The notes below the pieces were generated by a model that saw only the letters and a program-made list of their open reading frames with translations, did no database searches and was not told the origin of the DNA. Positions 37,669 to 49,426 of a stretch of DNA of 64,000 bases are shown piece by piece (positions within the stretch are counted from its first letter, which is position 1; each line of letters starts with the position of its first letter). Origin of the DNA: Tubiluchus corallicola (taxonomy: Eukaryota; Animalia; Priapulida); contig JAQGDQ010000448.1 of the NCBI GenBank assembly GCA_030141605.1, positions 62,001 through 126,000 on the forward strand, given 5' to 3'. A program made the translations under genes and the position numbers.

Positions 37669-39092
37669 GTTAGTTAACATAATAGCTTCCTACCATATTT
37701 GGATATTATTTTCTTCGCACCATGATTATGGTTGTTTACTAAAACAAGCTGTATTTTCGGTAAGTAATTGGTCTCAAATTTTTAGTTTAAAATTTTAGGT
37801 CCCGAAATTATATTGGAGGCCAAGCCCCAAGTTCCTAATAAAGATTTTCTAATGTCATGTCGTATGATCCCAATTTTTCTCTTACCTACCTCCTAAAATG
37901 TTAGAAATTCCCTGTTTGGTGTATACATGACTTGTATTTTTACATGATGTAAGACTGCAAAACACGGTATCAATGCTACGACGATGAGTCATTGTAAAGC
38001 AGAATTTTTATTTCTTGGTTCAAGCCTGACCTTTCCCTTACGTGTGTAAGTATTTACAACATAGTTAAAAATCCAAGTTAGAATGCCATTACTCATTTAA
38101 TGCAAACTCCTATGCTCTCAAGTCAAGTCAGTGAAACAACTCGGTTGCAGTTCATGTTGTAGGCGAACAATTCTGAAAAAGGGCTGGTAGCATAAAATGT
38201 ACTGTGTTATGTTGATGAGAGGTAGAGTGGTTATCTGCTATGCACGTATGATCTGATTTACATAATAAATGACTTCGTGTTCAAAATAATTTAGATAAGA
38301 CTGGAACTTCAGTAGCATTTAGAAAATGACTAAATATTAATTAATTGGTAAAATACCGCCATTTCCATAGTTTTGAATACACTTTAGTATTAGCTTGTAA
38401 CATTAGATAAAAAATTATTATTGGTTGTATTATGTGTTTTTTGGTTGTGGGGGGAGGTATCCAGGAATCTTTTGGAAATTTTTGTACTCTAGAAACGATC
38501 AGCTTGACTTGTAATGATTTTGCAAGTGACTTGTCAATGATTTGGTCAAATTTATTGACCTCTCGGCGGCTACTAGGTCCTAAAATTGCTGTGAGAAAGT
38601 ACGTACTTTTCCTGTAATTATTCTGTTGCCACAGTAAAAAATATGCCAGTAGAATTATTTATTTACCGAGGTAATTGTTCTCAGCTTATATAAGAAATGC
38701 CCATGGCAAAAAATCATTTTCTTCAATTGTTACTGAAGTTGATTAAAATAATTTACATGTCAAAAATTTTAATGAAGGTGAACTTGTACGATAAATCTAG
38801 GGGGCAAAATTGTGATTTAGTAAACACAATTGATTTTGCAGCAGATACTGTCCCAAGCATAGGGTACTGACGCATTCAGACCCTCCTGTCAGGGTTTTGT
38901 TTTCTAACTATGGTTTTGTAATAAACATCAGACACACACACAGCTTCCACTAGGACTAAGCTGAAATCATCACTAGAATTTTAGTGAAAAATTGGTCACA
39001 GCAGTTGGATGCAAATAATTGATGATTTAACTATAGTTGACAGTGTGTTTCACTTTGTCTTATGTACTGTACTTTGTATTTTAATGTTTCAG

Positions 39093-39129
39093 TCAACAAG
39101 AAATTATTCACATAACACGAACTTCTTAG
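39093..39129 (+). CDS. TMEM30A: TMEM30A terminal coding exon (SQQEIIHITRTS*)
   Basis: Acceptor TGTTTCAG|T in phase 2; total ORF 1083 nt (360 aa), the usual CDC50A size; AATAAA at 39361. Confidence 0.7.
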
Positions 39130-40880
39130 ACTTGGACATTCCAACAGGAGCAGCGATTCTGCCCAAGGACATAATTTTTTATTGTTTGGACAATGTCGTA
39201 GCACAAGAAATGAAAAAAGTACTTCGGGTTTTATCTCTGCTGTACCATCTTGTCGTGGCCTATTTAAAGATGTTTGTTGTGTTCTAGTGATATTTATCAT
39301 GTAATTAAGAACATATTGATGTATTTATTTAATATACCAGAGACTTTAGGATTACAGCTCAATAAATGATGTGAATGTCCTAAAACTTGCCTAGTGCAGC
39401 CACACACACGTGATTGTCCAATTATCAAGTGTTTTTATTCGTGTTGTTTACCATTCAGAAAAATGGTTACAATGGTTACTAGTGGAGTTTTATGTAAAAA
39501 TACCTTGTATCTGTGTAGCAGCTCGTTTTTAGCCTGACTTAGCTAAACCAGCACAACTTATGGTTTTTTGAGCCATAAGACCTCATCGATGTATCATGGC
39601 TCAGAAAGAATACTGAGCTTATTTAGTCACTATTCCATGTCTTACTGTATTAATTGATTTGATGATTACGTTTTACATGTTTACATGATAATCATTGTTG
39701 TTTGATTATCTAGTTCAGTACACATTTTTGTATTCCATGGAGCACAGATTAAAATTTTTTCTGCAGTGTCAAACATTTCTCATCTATGGAAAGGAAAAGA
39801 AACTGTCTTATTGTGTAGGAACAACTACAACTAACATCTACTTACGTTCTTTGGTGTTAGCTTTAATTTAATCCAAGTGTTCAAGTAGCACAGCAGTGAT
39901 ATTTATGTACTACATAATATAATATAGGCGTTTTTTTTATCTGACCTTCCACTGATGTTACCACATTCAGCCATGACTACTGTTGCCTGAATTGTATTCC
40001 GCAACCAAATTTTTTGTTAAAAGAACAAGTTTAGATAAAGATCCTTAGATACAATTGGAAAAATTTACACAATTAGCTTTTGTAAACTTTTGCTTATGAA
40101 ACTACTCTCCAGTTTAAGCAAACTTCCAAATTCGGCATTCCTCTTTATGTTTGGTTTATTTCTTGTTAAGTGTTGCGTTAGAACCTTCTTTTAACATTTC
40201 TTTGTAATTTAAAGGTTGTACTGTGAAATGCTGTTGCTGTATATCAGATTTTATTGTGCTGTTCAATGTACATCAGTAAGAACTAGTTGTACTCTAGTCA
40301 GTTAAATGCCAATAGTCAAACAGAGAAGCTGTGATAAGAAAACTTTGAGGCAGTTAAGAATATTGGGTTTCCAGTTGTTGTTAATGAAAATATAAAGTTA
40401 CCTAATACTTCATACATATCTTCAAATTTTCAATTAGTATACATGTACTTTAGTAATTTGAGCTTCGAAAACATTAAAACTGTGGGATTGACTTTATTTC
40501 TATAGTTAAAATGAGTTGTAAGTCTTTAAGCTGACTACAAGAAACTATATTGCATATATACAGAAAAACACGACTAACTGATTACTGAACAAAATCTTCT
40601 AAGTTATTAGTACTTGTTACTATTTTCAGTGTGTGGCTAAATTCTGAAAATGTTTGTTGCACGATTGTGTGATTTACTTATTTTGTAAAATATGTAAAAA
40701 TTATAAATAACTTGTGATGTAATATTTTGTGACTCAGTCATTTTGATTGTTTGATTAAAGATATAATATAAAACACACAACCATAACACATAAATGAAAA
40801 ACAAACTTGTAAAGATGTTAAACGCCACACTTTATTAAATAACACAGTGTTAACAATGCTCACAAAGACTGCACAGATGG

Positions 40881-41052
40881 TACAATATTCACAGAGATTA
40901 CAATAAATGCATTTATACAGAAGTGTTGTTTTACTAAACTTACACTATTTGTCATGAAGAGCTTTTACAGTATTCACAGAGATTACAATAAATGCATTTA
41001 TACAGAAGTGTTGTTTTACTAAACTTGCACTATTTGTCATGAAGAGCTTTTA
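40881..41052. repeat. Tandem duplication, 85-bp period, overlapping the TADA3 stop codon
   Basis: 40886-40967 and 40971-41052 identical except one substitution (CTTACAC/CTTGCAC). Confidence 0.95.
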
Positions 41053-41161
41053 TTATGGCTTCTCTGTCCTTTAGTGCTTTCCAGACCAATTCTCTTTCTT
41101 TCTTGGTAGGTATCTTTTGCTTTTGTCTTGTAACGATAATTCTTCTGTAAGCTTCCATTAC
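41030..41161 (-). CDS. TADA3: TADA3 (SAGA/ATAC adaptor subunit) last coding exon
   Basis: VMEAYRRIIVTRQKQKIPTKKERELVWKALKDREAIIKALHDK*, the conserved Ada3 C-terminus; poly(A) signal at 40831-40836 (-). Confidence 0.93.
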   Translation of the reverse strand, partial: VMEAYRRIIVTRQKQKIPTKKERELVWKALKDREAIIKALHDK

Positions 41162-41948
41162 CTAAACATACATTTAGATAAATTTACTAACAAAGTTATC
41201 CCTGTTTCAACTATAATTAGATAACTAATAAAGGTACACCCAGTTTGGAAAAGAATACTTCATGGACTTTTTATTAAAGTGCAAGAAGTTTTTAAAGTGG
41301 CTGAAGAAAAATTGGTAGCACAGAAATTATCTACATTGAATTATAAAATGCAGAAAAAGTATTACAAAATTTGGAACACATGGTTTTGCCTGCTACTATA
41401 AATGTTCAAAAATGGTGTGCTTGGTTAACTTTCTATTGTGTGAATGACGCCAAATGTAAAGCTATTGCTTTACTAAGCTTAATTTGTCCCATCCCATCTC
41501 CCATTAAAGAATCCTACTCATCCTAGTGTTTAATTGCACTCTCCAACTTCACTTACTTCACAAAGCTACGAACACTGCAAAAATGTAAGTTTTGTCATCA
41601 CCGGTTAAGTTTATTGGTGATCATGTAAGCGGAGTCACTTTATGTTGTTCATACGGTAACTGGTTCAGGACTTACCTCTATTGTGACTATAACCCTAGAT
41701 AGCGTAATGACCCAGATATGAATGCTAGTTAAGGGTTAAGGCCCTCCTCACTAGATGCCGGCTTCAACTAGCACAGGAAAAGAAACTAAAGCTTCTTTTA
41801 TTAAAATAGGCCGTATCTGGGTGCAACTTCATGAATTTAAAAAGGCAAAGACCTCAAGCCTTAACACCTTCAACGAATGCCTCAAATATATATGAAAAAT
41901 GAAGAAGTGATTATCAGCTAAGGCAGTATGAAATGTTTGTGAAACAAC

Positions 41949-42154
41949 CTCCATATCGACAATCTGCATCTTTTTTCGCAGCTCCTGCTTAACCATCTCC
42001 TCCTTAGCTAGTCGATACAAGCGTTTTTTCTGCATGAGGTTATGAGCTGTAACGGCTTTGAGCTCTGCTTGACATTTACGCAGCTCTCGCAAAATCTCGT
42101 CATCTGGGTTGTCCGAACTGGACTGTTTAGTGTCACTGCTTGAATCTAGAAGTC
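41949..42154 (-). CDS. TADA3: TADA3 exon 8
   Basis: GLLDS...DDEILRELRKCQAELKAVTAHN...QELRKKMQIVDME; phase 1-0. Confidence 0.93.
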
Positions 42155-42527
42155 CTAAAATTAGTACAAAAATAAGTTTATATATTCACATGTACCTTGA
42201 CACGCCTAATCAATATTTTGTGAACACAGCAAGCTTTGGCTTGTTCAGCATTCTTATCACATGTTAAAAGCAGTAGGTAACATGTAACTAACCGGGGGGG
42301 GGGGGGACCTTAAATAAGCAGTTTGTTACTCTGTTATCCAGCTTAATAAGACACTGAGTAAATTGAAGAGTATGACTGCTATTAAGATGTGTTTGCTTCC
42401 CTTAGCATAGATATCAGTGTACAATTTTGGAAGCTAAGTTAATGTTTATGTCTAAAATAGAGATTTAACAAACTGTAGAGCACGGTTATTTTAATTTCCA
42501 CATTAAAAATCAAGAGTACGCTACTAC

Positions 42528-42662
42528 CTTGTTCCTCTAATTCCCGGCGTAATCGCCGCTCCAGAGACATAATAGAAGAAGAACCACCCATTGTCCTGAC
42601 CAATCCACTGCGTGTCATAGAACCGTTCAGCTCCGGTTCTACATGAAATAAATCCTGCATTA
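42528..42662 (-). CDS. TADA3: TADA3 exon 7 (acceptor ambiguous: 42662, 42654 or 42638)
   Basis: ...SLERRLRRELEEQG conserved Ada3 segment; donor G|GTAGTA at 42528; three AG acceptors within 25 nt. Confidence 0.8.
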
Positions 42663-43744
42663 CTAGAACGGGGAGCAAATGTAAAACATGCATTAGTTGC
42701 AACACACAAACAAGCAAGCAAGCAACACATGCAACAAAACAATACAAGCAAGCAAATATGTAAAAAGCAGTGGAATCCCAATCATCACCATCAGTTTTGC
42801 AGGATAGCACACTGTGCACATTGATGGTACACTTAGTGCAAAGCAGTCATTAATTTTTATAAAACTACTCAATGTATTCAGGACCACATGAATAAAATGT
42901 ACATTTACCACAAAGGCATGTTATGCTTAGTTTTCACATGATGCATAGTTTTCTAAAGAAAACAACAATTAAGAATAATCAATATATACATGTTTAAGTC
43001 ATCAAGTGGCATGCAAAGCTGTATTATACATCTTATCATCAAATTAATACTTTGATTTTGGAAGTGCAATATTTGTTGAAAAACCCTCTAACAATTAATC
43101 TTACAAGCTTGACATCATACTAAAAATTTTACATGTTACAAGTTTCATTAACCAAACACTAAATCTACTATTTAACACTGACATTTAGCAATCGCTGATA
43201 GTCACCATCAGGCAGTAATGTATTATTTTTTATGAAAACATCAAGATGGAGGACATTTGAACACAAAAATACAACAAAATGAAAAACAGCTCTTTAAAAA
43301 AACCACTGCACTGCAGTCTACCAGCATGCACATGACAGGTACATAGCGATGAAAGCAACAGAATGCATAAAGAACTGACCAAAACAATAAGGTACACAAA
43401 TTAAGACATGCTCACAGTAAATCACTGTGCAGTATGACAAAAAAGGGAGTCAAAAGCCAAACTTTAATAGTCAGATTCATGCATTTCTTTGAATCATTAT
43501 ATATATAAAAATTACCCAAGGTCTAATTATTCCCACACATACTAAATGTAACACTCAACTATTAAGTGGAATTTTTTCCAGAGTTAAGAATCGAGTAAGT
43601 ACCACTTACATTTTCTTCTATAACGTTAATTAGATCAATGGCTAATGGATGTAAAACTTTATTTAATCAACCAGATGTGTTTAGCCACAAAATCTTATCT
43701 TCAACAACAAGTCCTTGACTGCTATAATTTGAAAATTCATATAC

Positions 43745-43875
43745 CTTTACCACTAGCAGCTAGTTCTGCTAAAGCCGTATCTTCTGCTGGTACCATTATG
43801 TTCTCTTCAATAAGAGCCGAAACTAACCGCTGAGTTAGGTGGCCAAATGGTGATGAATCCTCAGAGCTGCTATCA
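43745..43875 (-). CDS. TADA3: TADA3 exon 6
   Basis: SPFGHLTQRLVSALIEENIM (Ada3 PFGxLTQRL motif); phase 2-1. Confidence 0.93.
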
Positions 43876-44742
43876 CTAAAATAAATTTTTCAGAAACATT
43901 TCAATGAAATAGTTGGACACATGTAATGACATTTAAGGCATCTGTATAGTATCTGTATGGTAGTATATGTTTTTTAACTAAGAGTCCGAACACAAAGTGA
44001 TAAAAAATTTATTTTATCATTTTATCAGTTGAAATTGAAACTTGAATCTTTTGTATGGCAAATGTCTTTATAAATGTAAGAAACAGAAAATGTTGAAAAG
44101 TAACACAATTACAAGCATCTTTGGAGGAAAAACATTTACTTTACAATAACGAAAACTCTCCATTATAGATAGCAAAACTCATTAACAATACTTTCATCAT
44201 GCACAGCATCAGCTTGGGCAGCAGAAAAAAATTCGGTGATTCCTCTACTCGCTCACACTCACTTTGTCTGTCACCCTTTTTCAACTCCAAAGTTGATATC
44301 CAGTTGGGATGAAATTTGGTACATATTAATAATGCTAAACTTCATTGACACAAATATTTGTTACTTCAACAAGTGGATAAGCTTGTTACGCTACAATTAT
44401 ATTATAATTTATAAAGACTCATACTTAAGATTTCCGAACACTTCTGATTTTTTACATTAGATATCAGGTAAATCAGAAGACCCGAATAGGGTATATTCAC
44501 AAAAAAGAAAATTCCCTTTGACATTTCAAGCTTACACGCAAATATTTTTTGCCAGACCTGGTATACATAATATCACCCAACTGCCACCAAATATCTTCAT
44601 TCTTGTTTACTTGAATTCATGTATGTATAAATTATAGAACTTTGACATTCATTGACATGGCAAAAAAAATTAACTTTACAGCAGAGTCACCAAGGTTAAA
44701 AAACTAGTAAGTCTATAAGATAATAAAAGCATTAACACTTAC

Positions 44743-44845
44743 CTATCAGCTGATTCAGCCCTACTCAAAAGACCATTAACCTCAGACAGAGGGCTCTCAT
44801 TACCATTAATGTGTGCCTGCTTCTTACTGTCTAGTGATTTTGCTC
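44743..44845 (-). CDS. TADA3: TADA3 exon 5
   Basis: GAKSLDSKKQAHING...LLSRAESAD; TTTAG| acceptor, AG|GTAAGT donor; phases 1-2 fit neighbouring exons. Confidence 0.88.
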
Positions 44846-45289
44846 CTAAATTAAATATAATAGTAACAGAATTATGTTTGCAGTTAAAAAATTTGTAAGA
44901 CATTGATACTGCTCAACTGCTGTTGCTTTATCCAGTTTTTACTTCTGGTTTCACTATGACATATCTGTCTTTTCATTTAGCTGCAGCAGTATAAGTACAA
45001 CACTTCCTTAAAAAAGCAGGGTCTTGGTCTTGCCAAAAGAAGTTGTCAGGATCTACACAAACTTCTTTGCTACTTGGCTCAGGTCGGCAAAGAATTTTAT
45101 TTTATGTATGCATAGTTTAAGTGTTAGGAATTTGTATACGTAACAGATACAATAAAAAGGACAAAATGTGTGAATAGAGTCGAATCCGACAAATTTAGGT
45201 TCATTCATTTTCTATGCTATAACAGCAGATTCACAAACTAACCTACAAAAGTTGTTGTATAAGAATTTCTACCATCAAATTAATCAAAC

Positions 45290-45563
45290 CTTCTTTCTTT
45301 TCCTCTAGCAACTCTTCTGCTGCCCACTTTGAAGAATAGTGCTTTCCAAGAGCTGGAATTTTATAGTATTCTGCATCACCTTCATGAATCTGCATCAATT
45401 CCTCTAAGAATTTCAAATCATCTTGTGTGATGTCACTACAGTACGGTTCTACATACGACCAGAATTTGTTGGGAATATCGTTTTTCGGCACCACCACTGC
45501 CGTGCGATCCAACATTGGAGAATCGGCAAACTCGTAATCAGATGAAACATTTAACTGTTTAGA
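45290..45563 (-). CDS. TADA3: TADA3 exon 4
   Basis: PKNDIPNKFWSYVEPYCSDITQDDLKFLEE...YYKIPALGKHYSSKWAAEELLEE (Ada3 domain). Confidence 0.95.
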
Positions 45564-46784
45564 CTAAAAAGAAATGTATAATGTATAAATCAAATAGCTG
45601 CACAAAGTTATAAACTTATCTGTTTACGTAAAATTGCTAAATGCAGAACAATATCCAAATACTGACTGAAAGACAAAATCAGTGATTTCTAGGGCCGTCG
45701 CATTTACACATGTAAATGGGAATGTTTAGTTTAGTCATTCTACACGTTTACTGATTTTTGCACACGATAACCACTACCAGCACCTTGCCTTTGATGTGAC
45801 CTAGGCCAGCAGTAGTTGAAACATTTGCTTTTCTTAACAAGAGTATGTGCAGTGATAACCTACTACACTCATAAATTATGATTTTTTTAAATATTTATTT
45901 TCGTCTACTAGTAACTAACTCGTTACTATCTGATTGTGCATACTATCAATATGAGAATTTGCTTATTTAACCCCGGAATTGAAGGGTTAAACTATTACAA
46001 GAGATAAAGTTATACCATTTGACTGGTACTGGTACTGGTAGGCTGTCACAGTATAATTAATGACCACTGATCCTTGCTATAACTGACCCCTTGCTTTCTG
46101 ACATATTAAAATTTGCGAGTACTCTATGGGGGAATATTTGAATGAATGGCTTCATAAATTTCATGCCAAAGCCGTTGCTTCTCCATCTGACTTTCATGCT
46201 TTTACTGCATGGCAGCAGGTAAATTTGGCAGAATTTTATATTAAAATTCCTTTAAAACCCTTTTCAGTAGTAATAAACAATTAGAAATTATGATATGAGT
46301 TTAATAAGTAATGACTACAGATTAATATATACAGACTACAATTTTTAAAACAAAGTTCCATGCACCCGTGTTTAGCCAAAGAAAAATTTACATGCTAGAT
46401 GATTCAAACATTAGAATGTAATATCAAAAGAATAACCACATAGTTTAGGTTAAACATAATTGTCTAACAACAGAAATTACTAAAGCATCTAGACAGTGAA
46501 CTTCAAGCTAGACCCTACAAATAAAAGTAATTATCAGCACTAAGTAATTAGATAGTGATAGGCAAAGGTGGAACAGTATATGTCTGCCACCAAGTACACA
46601 TAATAATTGTATACGTATAGCACGTAAATAGAATAGTTTCATTTAGTAATAGTGTAAAAGTTTAGCAAATTTAGTAAATATGCAGCTCTAGTGATTTGCC
46701 ACATGCAGCCCAAGAATTTGCCCTGGAATTTTATACCATCTGTACAGTACACACAAGTAAGAAAGGTAATCATGATGAACATAC

Positions 46785-46928
46785 ACTAGCTGCTGGAGCT
46801 GATGTCTTTGACTTCATCTTTGCTGGTGTTGGCACAGTACCTTTCCCATTTACCTCCAGCTTTTGTTTCTTGGCAGATTTCGATGATTCTGGTGGTCTAC
46901 CTCTTTTTGGTGTTGAAGCAGGAAGTGA
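46785..46928 (-). CDS. TADA3: TADA3 exon 3
   Basis: SLPASTPKRGRPP...KKQKLEVNGK; 144 nt, phase 0-0; KKQKLE motif as in Ada3. Confidence 0.88.
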
Positions 46929-47247
46929 CTAAAAAAGAAAACCCTGAAATCATTTTTTAAACAACTGTGTATTGCTAGAGCGGGCTCTGGATTGAAGTCT
47001 CAGAGATGTGAAGCTTTTATAGTATTCAAAGATTGTTTAAACTTTTAAGCACATAAATACAAAAAATTAGTCCTTACGGTAAAACTCACGAATGACAACT
47101 AATACAACTATTAAAACATTTGTTTGATTCGTTGATGAGTCATTAGCATTAAATTAAGACCTATCATGATCTCCACTTGTCAACAACTTAACTTAATCTG
47201 TCTAGAATGAAAATTTAGTAAAAATGAGTGAAATAAAGAAGTCACAC

Positions 47248-47441
47248 CTTTGATTTAGACAATTTAGCATGGGCACCAGAAAGCTCATTTTTGGCATCTT
47301 GCCAACTGATTAAAGCCTCTATTTCTGAATCTAAAGTGTGCATTCGATTATTTAAAGATACAAGTAATGTTTCCAACTCCAGCTGCAGCACGTCAGTCTC
47401 TTCTTCGGCAATACCGACTTCATCTTCATTACGATTAACAA
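47248..47441 (-). CDS. TADA3: TADA3 exon 2
   Basis: NRNEDEVGIAEEETDVLQLELETLL...LISWQD (Ada3 N-terminal LQLELETLL motif). Confidence 0.93.
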
Positions 47442-48473
47442 CTACAAACACAAAAAATTTGAAACAAATAAGGCTGGATAAAAAAATTGTTAGCCTCACC
47501 AAGGATTTGAGCAAAGCTAGAAAATAAGATGCACTGTAGTAATAATGTCACATAACTTAAGTTCAACCTGGGATTTGAGCTGAAGAGCATTTACAAAGAA
47601 TGTTCAAGGTAAATCAAGGCAGAGGTTTCACTACTCACAGATAACCACCAGTTAGCCCTCTTATTGAAGTTTTTTACTGTGAGTTTCAACTGCTCCCTAT
47701 TAGCACTATTTATCTAATTGCTACATATTTCCAAATAAAGGAAGTTCAAGGAACACCATCAATTACAATTTTTAAGCCTTTCCCTAAGAGATAATTAGCA
47801 ATCTTCAGCTACTAAGGAATAGTGAGACACTTAGTGGGAATATTGTTGAAAAAAGTGCATTGAAAGACAAACCTTGCTTGCTGTTCTCTTCTGAATGAGA
47901 CGAAGAAGTTTCTCATCAACTACAGTAGATTTATATTACTAAATTATACAGTAAACTTAGTAAAGAAGCTTCAGGGCAGCAGTTTGTAAAAAAATAGCAT
48001 GGTTTGTGAAAAAATTAGCATATTATTAACAAAAACAGTAAATGGTGATTTAATGCAATTTTAGTTGTTTAATGCTAAATTTCTTGCACTGTGTTTAAAC
48101 ATGTGGTTAACACCAGCCAAACATCTATAAACTCAGTGTTTTTGAAAGTGGCCCAAAAAGCTGCAATTTGGAAGCCTTCAAAAACATGACCCACAAACAA
48201 AGCATAATGAATATAACATAGTACCTGATTTTGAAAAACATGGTGTTACTGTAATTTGGAAAAGCAGAAAGCATGCCATAAGCTAGTAGAATTAGACTAG
48301 TGACCACAAATTAAAATGAATGCTGTTTTGTCTCACTGGTATAGTGTCTGTAAAACCTATAACTAGTAACTCATTACGTGTCCGTGATATCACATTTACA
48401 TTTTTACTTACAAAACTCAAAACATAATCGTGATAAAGTTCTATTAACGATCATCAAGCAGTATTAGGCTTAC

Positions 48474-48594
48474 TATTGGTGTAAAGAGGACATATTTGAG
48501 TGTGATCAACTGACACAAGATCAGCAAATTGCAGAGGACAATCGATTAGTTCTTGCGCAACTGGCATAGCCTTTCCTTTTCCCCTTCCTTTCAT
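48474..48594 (-). CDS. TADA3: TADA3 first coding exon
   Basis: MKGRGKGKAMPVAQELIDCPLQFADLVSVDHTQICPLYTN (DCPLQF motif); donor A|GTAAGC; acceptor at 48599 implies an upstream non-coding exon (candidate donor at 48711). Confidence 0.92.
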
Positions 48595-49426
48595 GATGCT
48601 GCAAAACCGAAATAAAAAACAAACTTAAGTAAATTGCTAGTCTTTATATTCACACACACATATATATTTTTCTGAGCATATGCACATAAAGTCGCATTTG
48701 CTCCCATTACCTATCGCAAATAATTCATTTAATAACAATGTGATAATAGATTACCGTTATCCATAATTTTTAATACTCCAAAAAATGACTTCAATTGCTC
48801 CACATTCGTACTACAATAAATCTTACGAAAAAAAATGTAGAACACAAACGATTTAAAAATTTTCAATGTTCAATTGCATTTAAATTTTAACTGACAATTT
48901 TCAATTTGACACGATTTGATTTCAATTTTTGTGTGAAAATGACTATTTTCAGATGTACAACTGCCAAATTGCAGAGGCGAAGAGCATTAGGGTTTTTGGA
49001 ACTTTCGCTAAAAAATTTCTACACGAAACCAATTTTACTAACTTGCATTATTTTTTTCATACAGCACTTCGACAGTATATGATTTCTGTTTGTTTGTTTC
49101 GCATTTGGGCAACCCTATGAGCATGGAAGGAAAATATCCAGTGGCGAATATTTGAACAATTTTTACTCAAATATATGAATAAATAATTATTTTCCAGGAT
49201 GCATCATTTTATTTAAGCTCAATGTCAAGGCGCCAAATGCCCAGAAACGGTCAAGGAGAACCAGTCTTCAATCTCATGCTTTCAAAAACTTGCATATAGC
49301 CAGTTCAAGTGCAGGTCAATAAAACTAAATCTAAGTGTTACATCTAGTTAATATTCTAGAAATTATAATAGTTATATTTATTCAATGGTAGCTATTTTAA
49401 GTTGGTTTATAAATTTTATTTGTTGT

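Noticed and set aside
37940-38035. C/D-box snoRNA-like motifs (ATGATGT ... ACGATGA ... CTGA) in a TMEM30A intron
   Set aside because: Box C is non-canonical, there is no terminal stem and no recognisable rRNA antisense element.
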